Assembly (NCBI GenBank): GCA_040218735.1
Contig: JAVJQW010000021.1
Coordinates: forward strand, 91,629 to 155,628
Direction: 5' to 3'
DNA length: 64,000 bases
Origin: Deltaproteobacteria bacterium
GTDB lineage: Bacteria; Myxococcota; Kuafuiibacteriia; Kuafuiibacteriales; Kuafuiibacteriaceae
Shown here: positions 37,990 to 50,352 of the stretch, piece after piece
Numbering within the stretch: the first letter of the stretch is position 1
Layout of the letters: each line of letters starts with the position of its first letter
Program-made: the position numbers and the translations under genes
The notes under the pieces: model-generated
The model's database searches: none
What the model was told of the DNA's origin: nothing
What the model saw: only the letters and a program-made list of their open reading frames with translations

Positions 37990-39105
37990 ATGCGCCGTCT
38001 GAGAGCCTTCGGGATCCTCGTCCTCGTGGCCACCGCCTCCTTCGCCTCCCCCGCCTCACTCGCGTTCGGCGCCGAGGTCGGCGCCGAAGTCGACCGCGTC
38101 CGTTTGCACCTGCGTGCCGCGCAGGACTTCCTCGCCGAGCGCGACCTCTCCGCATTGCGTCCGCAGCAACGAATCCGCCGCGCGGAGCGGCTCGCGGATC
38201 TCGACGCGTACATCCGCCGCGGGCGCTTCCCGAAGAACGAACACATCCCCGTGGTGCGCGCGCCGTACTTCGTCGACGCCGCCGGGACCCACTGCGCCAT
38301 GGCGTTTCTCATCGCGCGCTCCGGTCGCGCCGATCTCGTCGAACGCGTACGGAGCACGGCGAACAACGCCTACGTCTACGAGCTCGCGGACGACCCCGAG
38401 CTCGCGGCGTGGCTCGACGAGAACGGCCTGACGATCGACGAAGCCGCGACGATCCAACCCACCTACGGTCCGATCTGCGAACCCCGGAGCACCTGCGTGT
38501 GCCAGCGCGACAGCGGGAACGTCGTGATGGAGGCGCCGGACACCGCGCACTACGTTCGCGTGGAGGAGCCGGGTGCGGAGGCGGTGCTCACGGTGCTCGC
38601 GAGCGTAGGGACCGCGACGCTCACCGTCGGCGAGCGGGTGACCCTCCCCGTGGGCGTGTTGAGCCAGGCCAAGGTGGGAGAGCACCACCTCGTCGCGCGG
38701 TACGCAGACGACCCGTTGGCCTCGTCGTTTTACTTCCGCAGCTTCGGACTGGTGGAGGAGCGGGAGCTCGTCGTCTGTCAGTGGGAGTCCTCGCTCGACC
38801 TGCGGCTCGACGTCGGCGTCGCGTTGGAGGCGGTCATCGCCGACGACTGCCACGGAGCCGTCGTCGCCGCGAGCTCGGACTTCGAAGGTGACTTCGGGCC
38901 TGACTGTGGCTGCGCTTGTTCGGACGTGGCGCCCCGAACCGGCGGCGCCAGCGCGTTGGTCTTGCTCGCGCTCCTGGGTTGCGCCGCCGCTACGCGCGCT
39001 GCCGGTAGAGGCCGGGCTCGACGACGGCCTTCATCGCGTCGATCTGGTCGTTACGCCCGAGGAACTCTGCGACCCGATCGATCTGCTTGTCGGGGTCACT
39101 CATGA
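37990..39105 (+). CDS. Secreted protein with a MYXO-CTERM-type C-terminal sorting signal (family A, intact copy)
   Basis: Signal peptide MRRLRAFGILVLVATASFASPASLA. The C-terminus is ...CGCACSDVAPRTGGASALVLLALLGCAAATRAAGRGRARRRP, a Cys-cluster plus TM plus Arg-cluster typical of MYXO-CTERM. The conserved core (VDAAGTHCAMAF...LTIDEAATIQPTY) is shared with the 49272 paralogue. The 3' end overlaps the convergent sulfotransferase gene by about 115 nt. Confidence 0.75.
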   Translation: MRRLRAFGILVLVATASFASPASLAFGAEVGAEVDRVRLHLRAAQDFLAERDLSALRPQQRIRRAERLADLDAYIRRGRFPKNEHIPVVRAPYFVDAAGTHCAMAFLIARSGRADLVERVRSTANNAYVYELADDPELAAWLDENGLTIDEAATIQPTYGPICEPRSTCVCQRDSGNVVMEAPDTAHYVRVEEPGAEAVLTVLASVGTATLTVGERVTLPVGVLSQAKVGEHHLVARYADDPLASSFYFRSFGLVEERELVVCQWESSLDLRLDVGVALEAVIADDCHGAVVAASSDFEGDFGPDCGCACSDVAPRTGGASALVLLALLGCAAATRAAGRGRARRRPSSRRSGRYARGTLRPDRSACRGHS

Positions 39106-39559
39106 GTCGGTTGTAGTTCACGAACAGGACCTCGAAGTCATCGCGGCCGGCGACGAAGGCCTCGATCTCCCCCACGTGCAGGATGAAGTTCTTCTTCATC
39201 TCGGCGTCCTCGAACGACTCGTCCTCGCCGCGGCGCTCCAGCATCTTCTTCTGCGAGCGCAGGATCTCATCGAGGTTTCGCCGCATGAAGATGACCCGGT
39301 AGCGGTACTCACCCTCGGGGAGCATCATCATCAGCCGCGAGATGACTTTCACCGCCTTGCCCTCGCATTCGGGGAGCCAACCCACGTCGTCGGGGAGCTT
39401 CTTCACGCGCTCCAGCTCGTAGTACCCACGTGGGTTGTCGTCGTCGGCGGCGCGCTCGCCGTCCGACACGACGCCGAGCCCCGCGGCCTCCAGCATCCGC
39501 ATCATCAGCGACGTCCCCGAGCGCGGCAGGCCCGACACGATCGTAATCGGTTCACTCAT
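38990..39559 (-). CDS. Sulfotransferase-family protein (PAPS-dependent)
   Basis: MSEPITIVSGLPRSGTSLMMRMLEAAGL is the 5'-PSB P-loop-like motif of sulfotransferases (PKSGTTW-like). The 189-aa size fits the Sulfotransfer_3 family. Confidence 0.8.
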   Translation of the reverse strand: MSEPITIVSGLPRSGTSLMMRMLEAAGLGVVSDGERAADDDNPRGYYELERVKKLPDDVGWLPECEGKAVKVISRLMMMLPEGEYRYRVIFMRRNLDEILRSQKKMLERRGEDESFEDAEMKKNFILHVGEIEAFVAGRDDFEVLFVNYNRLMSDPDKQIDRVAEFLGRNDQIDAMKAVVEPGLYRQRA

Positions 39560-39569
39560 CTCATCCTCC

Positions 39570-40379
39570 TCATATCTCCGCGCGCAGCGGCTTCTTCAGC
39601 ATCAGCGCGGCGATCCCCGAGCCGACCAACCAAATCGCCCACCACGGCACGCCGAGCCACGTGTCCTCCCGCGGCCCGTGGTTCAGCCACATCCGCTGCA
39701 CCAACCCATCCGGGTCCAGCGCCGCCTCCGACGACGCAGCCCAAGCGTTGGAGATCCCCGGCGCGCGCTCCACGCTCACCGGCCCGTTCTCCGACGCCAC
39801 GATCTGTTTTTCGAACGTCGCTTCACCCACCGACACCCGCGCGACGTGGCGCCCCTCGGACGCCACCTTCAGCCGGTAGTACAGCCGCCCCTCGCGCTCC
39901 GCGACGATCGGGCCGAGGTCGAGCTGTAGACCTTCGTCGAGCTCGAGCTTGGCGTCCTTCGCGGCCGTGCCGTCGACGAGCTGCACGCCGAGCATCACGC
40001 GGTTGTCCGGTGCGAACGGCGCGTACCCGTGGCGCAGCTCGAGGTGCAGATACACGAGCCCCAACGGGACGGTCAGCACGAGCAGCGCGGGCAACGTCTG
40101 TCCGGTGTACAGGAAGCTCCACAGGACCAGCCGCACCTGCGCGCGTGCGACGCGCAGCGGCTCGTCGAGGAACAGGCGCATCTCGTAGATCGCCGCAGTC
40201 ATGCGTTGCCGCGCGCGGACGAGCGCCTTTTGGTTCGTGGTCAGCTTGACGACCCACAGCGCGACGCCGCCCGTGAGCACCGTGACGATCAGCAACGCGA
40301 TCGACGGCGGGAGCCAGTCGAGCGGGAGCATCAGCCACTCGGTCACGGTGTGCACGGCGCTGCCGAACCAGGTGCCCAA
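39570..40379 (-). CDS. Hypothetical integral membrane protein
   Basis: Four predicted hydrophobic helices (LPPSIALLIVTVLTGGVALWVV, LVLWSFLYTGQTLPALLVLTVPLGLVYL, GVPWWAIWLVGSGIAALML). It lies 10 nt upstream of the sulfotransferase start on the same strand. Confidence 0.6.
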   Translation of the reverse strand: MGTWFGSAVHTVTEWLMLPLDWLPPSIALLIVTVLTGGVALWVVKLTTNQKALVRARQRMTAAIYEMRLFLDEPLRVARAQVRLVLWSFLYTGQTLPALLVLTVPLGLVYLHLELRHGYAPFAPDNRVMLGVQLVDGTAAKDAKLELDEGLQLDLGPIVAEREGRLYYRLKVASEGRHVARVSVGEATFEKQIVASENGPVSVERAPGISNAWAASSEAALDPDGLVQRMWLNHGPREDTWLGVPWWAIWLVGSGIAALMLKKPLRAEI

Positions 40380-40384
40380 CTTCG

Positions 40385-40696
40385 TCAGTCGATGTAGCCG
40401 AGGCCGCGCAGGCGCTTCTCGAACTGCTCGCGGTCGAGCCCATCCTCGTTGGCGTAGGCGGTGATGCCGCGCTCCAGGAGGTGCTCGATCAGCTCCTCCG
40501 CGGACGAGTACCCCTGCGTGTCGACGATGTGCTCGACCTGCTCGCCGAACGGCAGCGAGGTGTCGAGGCCGTCGTAGGTCGCCAGGCCCTTGTCGACGAG
40601 GTGCTGGCCGAAGTCGTCGGCGCCCTTGAAGCCGTTCTGTTTGCCGACCTCTTTGAGGCGGCCCTTCATCGATCTCGGTATCTTCAGCTTCTTCAT
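40385..40696 (-). CDS. Small hypothetical protein (103 aa)
   Basis: MKKLKIPRSMKGRLKEVGKQ... has a Lys-rich N-terminus, then an acidic helical protein with clean codon usage. It sits between NPP-like gene 1 and the membrane protein. Confidence 0.5.
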   Translation of the reverse strand: MKKLKIPRSMKGRLKEVGKQNGFKGADDFGQHLVDKGLATYDGLDTSLPFGEQVEHIVDTQGYSSAEELIEHLLERGITAYANEDGLDREQFEKRLRGLGYID

Positions 40697-40712
40697 CGCG
40701 TCTCTCTTCAGG

Positions 40713-42622
40713 TCAGGGCGGGGCGTCGAGGAACGTCTTGGCCTCGTCGTCGTCCAGCACGTCGAAGTACGCCTGCACGGTCGGCGCGACGTCCGTCAGG
40801 GACCAGGTCCCCGCCTTGATCTTCCGGTTGCTGAGTAACACACCTGGCACGTGCTGTGGGTCGACGCAGTGGTCGCCGCTCCACTTGTCCGTGTTCACCT
40901 CCAGGATCTGCCGGCCGATCTCCCCGAGCGCGGACTCGTCCGAGCTGCGGTAGCCGCGTGCGTACCCGACGATCAGGTCCGGCGTGCGATCCACGAACGC
41001 GCGCATCTCCGGCCGGAAGGTTCGGGTCACGACGCGCTCGCCGCTCTTGGGGTCCGTGAGGTTCTCCAGCTCGCGCGCGAGCGACTCGAGCACCCACGGC
41101 GCCTTCTCGGCGGTCACGATGCCTTCGGGCTCACGCCCCTCCAGGTTGAGGAAGATCTGATTCAACCCGAGCGCGTACGCGCGGGTCTTCGACCAGTCGA
41201 TGTGTCCGAGCACGGTCTTCTTGCGTTGGTTGGGCGGCGCGAGCGTGAGGAAGCCCTTCCGCGCCAGCCACGTGTTGAGGTGCACCTTGGTGTGGTACGG
41301 CCCGAAGCCGTGGTCGGACATCACGATCACCGCCGTGTCGTCGTCCGCCGCCTCCAGCACCTCGCCGATGACGCCGTCCATCTTCGCGTACAGATCCGGG
41401 ATCGTGTTCGCGAGCTTCTTTTCGGCCTCCGTCGCGTCGGGCTCCATCGTCCGCCAGAACATGTGCGAGACGAGGTCGACGCTCGAGAAGTAGAAGAACA
41501 GCAGCCCGTCGTCGAAGCGCGCGAGCTCGCGCTTCAACATCGCGTGCCGCTCCTCGAAGACGAGGTGCTCCTGCGCGAGGAAGTCCTCGTCCGACAGCAC
41601 GCCGCCGACGAGCGCCTTGGTGTCCTCCGGCATGCCCTGCGTGTAGAAGCGCCCCACGTCCGTCGCGATCTCGGAGGCGAAGGTGTCGGGCGCGGAGATC
41701 GGCTGCGCCGGAGAGAGCGGGTCGAGGTTGATCGGGCTGACGTAGATCGTCGGCGTCTCGCCGAGTGACTTCGCGTACACGCGCACCACCCCGGTGATCG
41801 AGACGACGTCCACAGACGGCGAGAACGAAATCTCGATCCAGTCCGACCACTCCCCTTCACGCAGCACCAGCTCCGTCTCACCGAGCCGAATCAACGCACC
41901 GTCCGCCTTGGGTCCGAAGTGCACGGTCACCGGGAGCTTCATCTCGGCGCCCGTCGGCGAGAGCGGATCCGGCGGTCCGTCCAGCTGCGAGGTGGCCTCG
42001 GTCGGGGTGAGCACGCGGAGCAGGTGCACGCGCCCGCCGCTCACGCGCTTCTTCGCGAGCAGCTCGCGCTCGGTCGTGAAGACCTGGAACAAGCCCGGCG
42101 TGCCCATCAGGTCCGGCGTCCCCATCCCGGAGAGCACGCGCGCCTTGCTCGGCTCGATCGGTGGATAGTTCGCGGGGATCTTCACGACGGTGGTCGGCGC
42201 GCCGTCGTCGGCGATCGCGGACCAGAACGGCCGCCCGCGCCGCAGGAGCTTCACGCCGCCGCCCATCGGGAGCACGTACTCACCCAGCTCCATGACGTAC
42301 GAGGGGCCCTCCGCCTTCGACGTCGACAGGTACGGCGACATCGAGTGCGGGTCGCGGTGCACGAAGTCGTAGATGCCGTGCACGTGCGACTCGTGCCCGG
42401 TGAGGAAGTTCGACCACGCGACGGGGGACTGCGGCGGCACGCTGGTGCCGAGGCGGAACAGCTCGTTCTCGACCGCGAGCCGAGTGAGGTTGGGCGCGCG
42501 ACCCTCCTCCATGAATTTCGCGAGGAGGTTCGGATCCATCCCGTCCACCGCGATGATGATCATCTTCGGGTTGTCACTCGACGAACACGCGGCCGCGAGC
42601 AGGACGAGCGGGAGGAGGCGTC

Positions 42623-42626
<4 letters not shown>
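40713..42626 (-). CDS. Alkaline-phosphatase-family / type I phosphodiesterase-nucleotide pyrophosphatase (NPP)-like lipoprotein
   Basis: Start MRRLLPLVLLAAACSSSD (LAAAC lipobox; ATG as the complement of 42624-26). IIIAVDGMDPNLLAKFMEEGRAPNLTRL matches the N-terminal metal-binding motif of PF01663. Later motifs are MSDHGFGPY and WSGDHC. Its ATG overlaps the stop of the upstream paralogue (ATGA). Confidence 0.85.
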
Positions 42627-44724
<2,098 letters not shown>

Positions 44725-44728
<4 letters not shown>

Positions 44729-46071
44729 TGAACGTATCCGAGGGTGCGCAGCTTCTCGACGAGCTCCGGGCTCACGTCCTTGCGAACCTTCCGCTGCGCG
44801 GCCGCGTAGTTGGCGAGGGTGCCGTTGTAGTAGCGCGCCATCTTCAGGCGCGCGTCGGGTTGGGTGTCAGCGATGTCCTTCAGCTCGAAGGGATCGTCGC
44901 GGAGATCGAAGAGTTGATCGGGCCCGCTCGAGAGGCGGAAGAGTTTGTAGTCGAGCCCGGTGATCGCGAGTTTGTCACCGGGCTCCCAGCCTTCACGGTG
45001 CCGGTGCACGCGCTCCGACAGCACGTACGGGCGTATGACCCGCCCGTCGAAGAGATCGATCCCCTCGAACTGCCGGTACAGCGCGTCGTCGAAGGGGAGG
45101 TCGAGGAGCCGTCCGAGCGTCGGGAAGATGTCGATGGTCGTCGCCATCCGCACGTTGCGCGCGGCGGCGAGCTCCAGCGATGCCGGCGGTTTGATGATCA
45201 GCGGGACGAGGATCTCCTCGTTGTAGATGCGCCCGTGGTCGTGCCAGTCGTGCTGCCAGAGCCCCTCGCCGTGGTCCGCGGTGATCACCACCGTGGTCTC
45301 TTCGTAGCGACCGGTGCGTTTGATCGCGTCGAGGAGACGTCCGAGGTGCTCGTCCATGTACGCGATCTCACCGTCGTACAGGTTGTTGATTTCGAGGACG
45401 TCGAACCGGACGTTGCCGATGCGGTGCTCGAGCTTCGTCCCGGTCTTCTTCACGAAGTCCTCGATGCCGTCCTTTTTGTCGAACTTGTCGTCGTACGGCG
45501 CCGGCGGCTCGTAGGGATCGTGGGGGTCCCAGAAGTGCACCCACATGAAGAACGGGCGGTCGTCGAAGCGCTCGAACTGCGTCATCGCGAGGTCCGCGGT
45601 GATCGCGCCGGGGCGGGGCCCGTCCTTGGGGTCGTCGTAGTGCTGGAAGCCGGAGGAGATCCCGGTGCCGTCCGCAACCGGGCTTGCGCTGACGACCGCC
45701 GCCGTCTGGTAGCCGGCCTTTTCGAACACCTCCGCGACGAGCCGAAGGTCCGGCTCCGACTCGAAGACCAGCCCATTGCGTACGATCTCGTGTCGGCGGG
45801 GCGGGGTGCCCGTCATGATCGAAGTGTGGGCGGGGAGCGTCGTGGCCATCGGGGTCGCGACGTTCTCGAAGACGATGGCTTCGTTCGCGAAGGCGTCGAG
45901 GTTCGGCGCGGTGTTCCGGAAGTAGCCGTAGGTCGGGAGGTGGTCGGCGCGGAGGGTGTCGATCGTGATCAGCAGGACGGACCGCCGCGACTGCGGATCG
46001 TCGTTCGCCGGACTCGAAGTCTTTGCGCACGCCGCGAGCGCCAACGCTGCGAGGGGACCCCACCGTCGCAT
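44725..46071 (-). CDS. Sulfatase-like (alkaline-phosphatase superfamily) lipoprotein, non-canonical active-site motif
   Basis: MRRWGPLAALALAACAKT carries a lipobox. Sulfatase motifs are SVLLITIDTLRADHLPTYGY, VVITADHGEGL and the Ca-binding DHG. The FGly position reads T-T-L-P-A-H instead of C/S-x-P-x-R. Its stop overlaps the next gene's ATG (ATGA). Confidence 0.85.
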
Positions 46072-46168
46072 CAGCGAATCCTACCACGACGGATGAACCC
46101 CTACGTTGGGGGCCTGCGGCAGCACGTCGCAGCGGGAAGCACCACAGGATGCGGGATGTTGTGCGTCC

Positions 46169-46696
46169 ATGAAGCGTCTGCTCCTGCTCCTGCTGCTGAT
46201 CCCCGCGACCGCGAGCGCCGCGCGCCCGGACCGCGCGCCGTCGCTGGATCCGATCGTCCGTGCCCTCGACGTGCAGATCGATCGCCACGCCACGCTCACC
46301 GAGGCGCAGCACGCCGAGGTGCACCGCGCCGGGAGTCGCTTGATCTCGCTGTGCCCGGACTGCCGCCTCGCGACGATCGCCGAAGAGGGCCCGTGCGGCT
46401 GGGCGCGCATGAGCCGACAGATCATCGGCGCCGCCGTGGCGAAGGGGATGAACGAAGAGGAGATCGTACAGGCGTACGTGAAGACGTACGGGCCCGACGT
46501 GCTCGCGGTCGACACCTCCGAAGGGCGCTACCAGGCGATGTGGGCGGTGCCGTACGTTTTGATCGCGGGCGCGCTCGCGCTGGTGTTCTTCATCGGTCGT
46601 CGCGCGCGACGGCGGGACGAGGAGCCGGTCGACGACGACGTCGATCCCGAGGCGCGCGCGCGCCTCGACGCGGAGCTCGGCGCGCTCGACGGCTGA
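46169..46696 (+). CDS. CcmH/NrfF-like cytochrome c-type biogenesis protein (CxxC, C-terminal TM)
   Basis: Signal peptide MKRLLLLLLLIPATASA. The motif SLCPDC (LRCxxC-like), then ...EIVQAYVKTYGPDVL..., and the TM segment AVPYVLIAGALALVFFIG followed by RRARRRD match the CcmH architecture. Confidence 0.65.
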   Translation: MKRLLLLLLLIPATASAARPDRAPSLDPIVRALDVQIDRHATLTEAQHAEVHRAGSRLISLCPDCRLATIAEEGPCGWARMSRQIIGAAVAKGMNEEEIVQAYVKTYGPDVLAVDTSEGRYQAMWAVPYVLIAGALALVFFIGRRARRRDEEPVDDDVDPEARARLDAELGALDG

Positions 46697-49202
46697 GCAG
46701 GAGCAGAGCCGCGAACGCCCAAGGCGACGACTTCGTGGGGTGCGCGCTGCAAGCGCAGCCCTCGTCGAGCCGCTCGTGCTCGAGCGACGCGTTCGGCGGT
46801 GGCGCCGCGACGATCGCGTCGCGCTCGATACGCCAAGGCTCCGCGCCGTGCTCCGGGTCGACGCCGATGAACGTGAGGTACCGCGGCCCCAGCAGGACGT
46901 CGCCGCTCGCATGAACGCCGCTGAAGCGGCCCGGCGCGACGTCCCCGATCGGGAGGGTGCCCTCGGACGTGCCGTCGGTGATGAACACCTCGCGCCCGAG
47001 CTCGGGGTGCCACGCGGAGAACGCCGCGCGGTCGCCGTGCACAGAGAGTGCGCGCGGCGCCGACGACGCTCGCCCCGGTGCGATGTCGCGGACGAGCTCG
47101 GGCTCCTGCCCGGGGCGCCAGCGCCACAGCTCTACGCCCGTGTCCTCTCGGTCGGCGACGACGAGGTAGCCACCGGCGAAGGGGACCACCGCTTCGACGC
47201 CCGTGAGCGGGACCGGCGTGACCCCCGCCTCCCCGATCACGACGGCGTGGCCGCCCACGTGGGCGATTCCGTCGCCGATGAGCTCGACGTTTTCGAAGCG
47301 TTCGCCAGGCGGTCCCTCGAAGCGCAGGTCCATCGCACCGCGATCGAGGTCGAGCTCCAAGACCACGACGGAGTCGACGACACTCTCTTGTGGGCGCCAC
47401 CCGAGAACGTAGCGGCGGTCGCCGCGGACGACCAGCTGACGGATGCCGATGACTGGCGCAGGCCCGAGATCGAAGCGCGTGAATTCGTCGCCGGACTCAC
47501 GCCAAAGCTCGAGGTGGTCGGTCTCGCCGCGGAGCAGGAGCTCGAGGCGGCCATCGTTCGCGAAGGCGACGTCGTGGATCGTCGATGCGTACGTCAGCTC
47601 GGGTGCGACGCGGCGGGTGCCGTCGAGGGTCCCGTCGCTCCTCCACCACCCGCCCTCGCCGAGGTACGTGCCTTCGACGTAGAACGCGAGGTCGCTGCGT
47701 GAGCGACGCAGGAGGCCGACGATCTCCCCCGACCACGCACGCACGAGCCTCGCGTTGTCCGCGTCGAGATCGAAGCGGTACAGCTGAACGCCGCGGTAGT
47801 CGTCGACGCTGAAGTAGTAGAACCCGTCGTCGTCGATCGAGGTGGGGCTGGACCCCGGGGCGCGCCAGACCTCCGCCCCGGTCGCGAGGTCCAGTCGGCT
47901 GCGGTGGTTTCGGTGCTGAACGAGGACCGTCCCGTCGCGCAGCTCGGCGAGCAGGGCTTCGGGGTAGTAGCGCGTCGGCGGCGGCGACTCGAAGGGCGTC
48001 GCCGACGCGACCCGTTCACCGTCTTCGCGGTACGCGTCGAGGTGCGGGCCGACCGGCGTCGACCGCGACACGATGACGCCGCCGCCGGGGCGTCGAGTGA
48101 TGCGGGTGGAGGTCGTGGCCGTGTCGATCTCCGCCACTTCGAGTGATGCGGCGTCGATGCGGAGGAGCTGCGCCTTGGGCCAAGTGCGCGCGCACCACGC
48201 GGCCTCGGCGCTGGTCACGAGCTCCGTGCAGCGGCCGACGTCGACGGCGCTCGGTGCGCCACGGAGCGCGACAACGTTGTGGTTGGTCGCGACTGCGAAG
48301 AGGGTGTCGGCCGCGACCGCCAGCCGCGCGACGGGTGGGTCGAGGGCGAGGAAGAGGGCGGTGTCGCCCGCCGTGCCGTCCGTGCGCCAGAGCTCACGAC
48401 CCGAGCCGCGCAGGAACCAGCCGAAGCCCGACGCGACCGTCAGCGCAGCGACGTCCTCGACGAGCTCGTGCGGAGCGGTGGACCCGCTCGGTATCGACCT
48501 CAGGCCCCCGTCGATCTCCAGGAGCACGGCGTCGCGAACCGCGAACGCGGCCTCGAAGTCACCGGCCTCCTCGAGCGGGATCACCACCCTCGTTCCTCCT
48601 CGGGTGCCGTCGCTGCTGTACAGATACGTGACGTCGTCGTCCTGGACCGAGAACCACAGCGCGCCCGCGGCGGCGGCGATCGGCCCGTTGCAGCCGCGTT
48701 CCTCGACCGGCCACACGAACACCTCGTCTTCCCCGTCACCGGTCGTTCGGGTGAGTGTGACGCGATGGTCCTCGGTGCTGAGGATGTAGACGTGCTCGCC
48801 CAGTCGAGCGATCTGCCGGACGCACGGGGTCCCGGCGCGCCCCGTGCCGCGCCCGATCTCGAAGGTGCCCGTCGGCGTGCCGTCGGTGCGGAGCACGACG
48901 CCGCGTGAGACGCCCGGACGCTGGACGATCATCACCGTGACCCCGCTGAGCTCGATGCTGCTCCGCGGCCAGCCGTAGCCGGTGTCGTCGAGGACGTGTT
49001 GCGCCTCGAGGGTCTGCGGATCGAGCCGCCAGAGGCGCCGGAACGGACCGGCCTGGTCGAGCCAGAGCGCGCCGCCGATCGGTGCGTTCGTCCAGGTGAC
49101 CGTCGACGGGCCCGGCACGAGGTCGCGCAGGAGGGTCGGCTCGCCCGCGAGCGCAGCCGGGCTCGCGAGCACGAAGCCGAAGGCGAGGCGCGCGCGGACC
49201 AC
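46590..49202 (-). CDS. Secreted ELWxxDGT-repeat beta-propeller-like protein with a MYXO-CTERM sorting signal
   Basis: Signal peptide MVRARLAFGFVLASPAALAG. Recurrent (E)LWR(T/S)DGTxxGT motifs (ELWRTDGTAGDT, WWRSDGTLDGT, VFITDGTSEGT, VLRTDGTPTGT). The C-terminus GCACSAHPTKSSPWAFAALLLLSRRARRAPRRG is a Cys-cluster plus TM plus Arg-cluster. The 3' tail overlaps the convergent CcmH-like gene by about 105 nt. Confidence 0.8.
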   Translation of the reverse strand: MVRARLAFGFVLASPAALAGEPTLLRDLVPGPSTVTWTNAPIGGALWLDQAGPFRRLWRLDPQTLEAQHVLDDTGYGWPRSSIELSGVTVMIVQRPGVSRGVVLRTDGTPTGTFEIGRGTGRAGTPCVRQIARLGEHVYILSTEDHRVTLTRTTGDGEDEVFVWPVEERGCNGPIAAAAGALWFSVQDDDVTYLYSSDGTRGGTRVVIPLEEAGDFEAAFAVRDAVLLEIDGGLRSIPSGSTAPHELVEDVAALTVASGFGWFLRGSGRELWRTDGTAGDTALFLALDPPVARLAVAADTLFAVATNHNVVALRGAPSAVDVGRCTELVTSAEAAWCARTWPKAQLLRIDAASLEVAEIDTATTSTRITRRPGGGVIVSRSTPVGPHLDAYREDGERVASATPFESPPPTRYYPEALLAELRDGTVLVQHRNHRSRLDLATGAEVWRAPGSSPTSIDDDGFYYFSVDDYRGVQLYRFDLDADNARLVRAWSGEIVGLLRRSRSDLAFYVEGTYLGEGGWWRSDGTLDGTRRVAPELTYASTIHDVAFANDGRLELLLRGETDHLELWRESGDEFTRFDLGPAPVIGIRQLVVRGDRRYVLGWRPQESVVDSVVVLELDLDRGAMDLRFEGPPGERFENVELIGDGIAHVGGHAVVIGEAGVTPVPLTGVEAVVPFAGGYLVVADREDTGVELWRWRPGQEPELVRDIAPGRASSAPRALSVHGDRAAFSAWHPELGREVFITDGTSEGTLPIGDVAPGRFSGVHASGDVLLGPRYLTFIGVDPEHGAEPWRIERDAIVAAPPPNASLEHERLDEGCACSAHPTKSSPWAFAALLLLSRRARRAPRRGARAPRDRRRRRPAPRPAVARDDR

Positions 49203-49271
49203 TCCGCGGTGAGTGGCCGACCCGCCGCCATTCCGTCACCGTTTGACGGTTCGGGTGGTCCTCGGCCACTC

Positions 49272-50352
49272 ATGGGAGCGATGCCGCGGTTGCCCTTCCT
49301 GCTCGCACTCATGATCCCCTCTGCCGCGTGGGCCTCCCCGGACTTCGAGGCCTCGGAGCAGGCCCGTATCCGACGGCACCTGCTCCGCGCGGAGACGGCG
49401 GCCTCGTGCGCGAGCGACGCCCGATCTGTCGAAGGCTCAGCGTACGCGCCGCGCGGCTGCGCTCGACGCCCTCGCGCGGTACCGCGAGGCGGGGCGCTTC
49501 CCCGTCAACGTCGACGTCGTGGGGCGAGCCCCGGTCTTCGTCGACCACCGCGGGGTGCGCTGCGCGATGGCCGAGCTCCTGCACGTGACCGGTGAGGACG
49601 CGCTGGTGGCGCGCGTCGCGGCGACGAACAACCTCGCGCGGATCCACGATCTGGCGTCCGACGAAGGGCTGACCCGTTGGCTCGACCACCACGGGCTGAC
49701 CGTCGACGAGGCGGCCGCGATCCAGCCGACGTACCGCTGGTGCTACGACCGCAGCGAGGCGTTCTGCCCGTTCGCACCGACCACGGGGATCGTACGCGTC
49801 GAGCTCATCGACTGGGTGCCCGACGCGACCGAGCAACGCTTCCGCGTGACCGAGGTGCTGTCGGGGACCGTCGCGCAGGTCGCAGACGAAATCGTGGGCC
49901 GGACGTACGGCACGAGGCGCGAAGAGGTCCAAACCGCGGTCGCAGTGCTCTTGCCCCGTAGCTCGGTCCAACGCGTGCTGGGGCTTCGGGACGGCGAGGT
50001 GTTCGTCGCCGAGGACCCGTGCGACGTCGATGTGTCGGTGCCGCTCGAAGACGTGGTGTCCCTCTTGCTCGCCGAGGATTGCGCGGACCGACTCGAGCGC
50101 CGCGATCCCGTGTGGGCTGGACGTTGGTGCACCACACGTGCGGGGCCGGACTGCCCGGTCGCGCCGGACGCCGGCTTCCCGTCCTACGATGCCGGCGGAG
50201 CGATCGACGCCGGGGCGGTGTCCGACACGGGGGTGTCGCCGTCGGTGGAGCCCAACGGATGCCGCTGCACGACGCGCGGTCGGGCGTCGCCGTGGGCGTT
50301 ACTCCTGCTCGTTCTTCTTCAGGCTCGCCTTGCCCTGCCACGCCGGAAATAA
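49272..50352 (+). pseudogene. Frameshifted paralogue of the 37990-39105 MYXO-CTERM protein (probable pseudogene, or a sequencing or programmed frameshift)
   Basis: In frame 0 (from ATG 49272/49281) the sequence reads MGAMPRLPFLLALMIPSAAWASPDFEASEQARIRRHLLRAETAASCASDAR, aligning with the intact paralogue's signal peptide and VRLHLRAAQDFLAERD. From about 49415-49432 the homology continues only in frame +1 (PDLSKAQRTRRAAALDALARYREAGRFPVNVDVVGRAPVFVDHRGVRCAMAELL... compared with DLSALRPQQRIRRAERLADLDAYIRRGRFP...VDAAGTHCAMAFL). A conserved LTVDEAAAIQPTY segment and a MYXO-CTERM-like end (NGCRCTTRGRASPWALLLLVLLQARLALPRRK) are retained. Confidence 0.55.

Noticed and set aside
48996-49271. Upstream part of ORF 48996..49595 before the ATG at 49272
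   Set aside because: The Arg-rich read-through upstream of the signal-peptide Met overlaps the 3' region of the minus-strand ELWxxDGT gene's start region. Only the portion from 49272 onward aligns with the paralogue.
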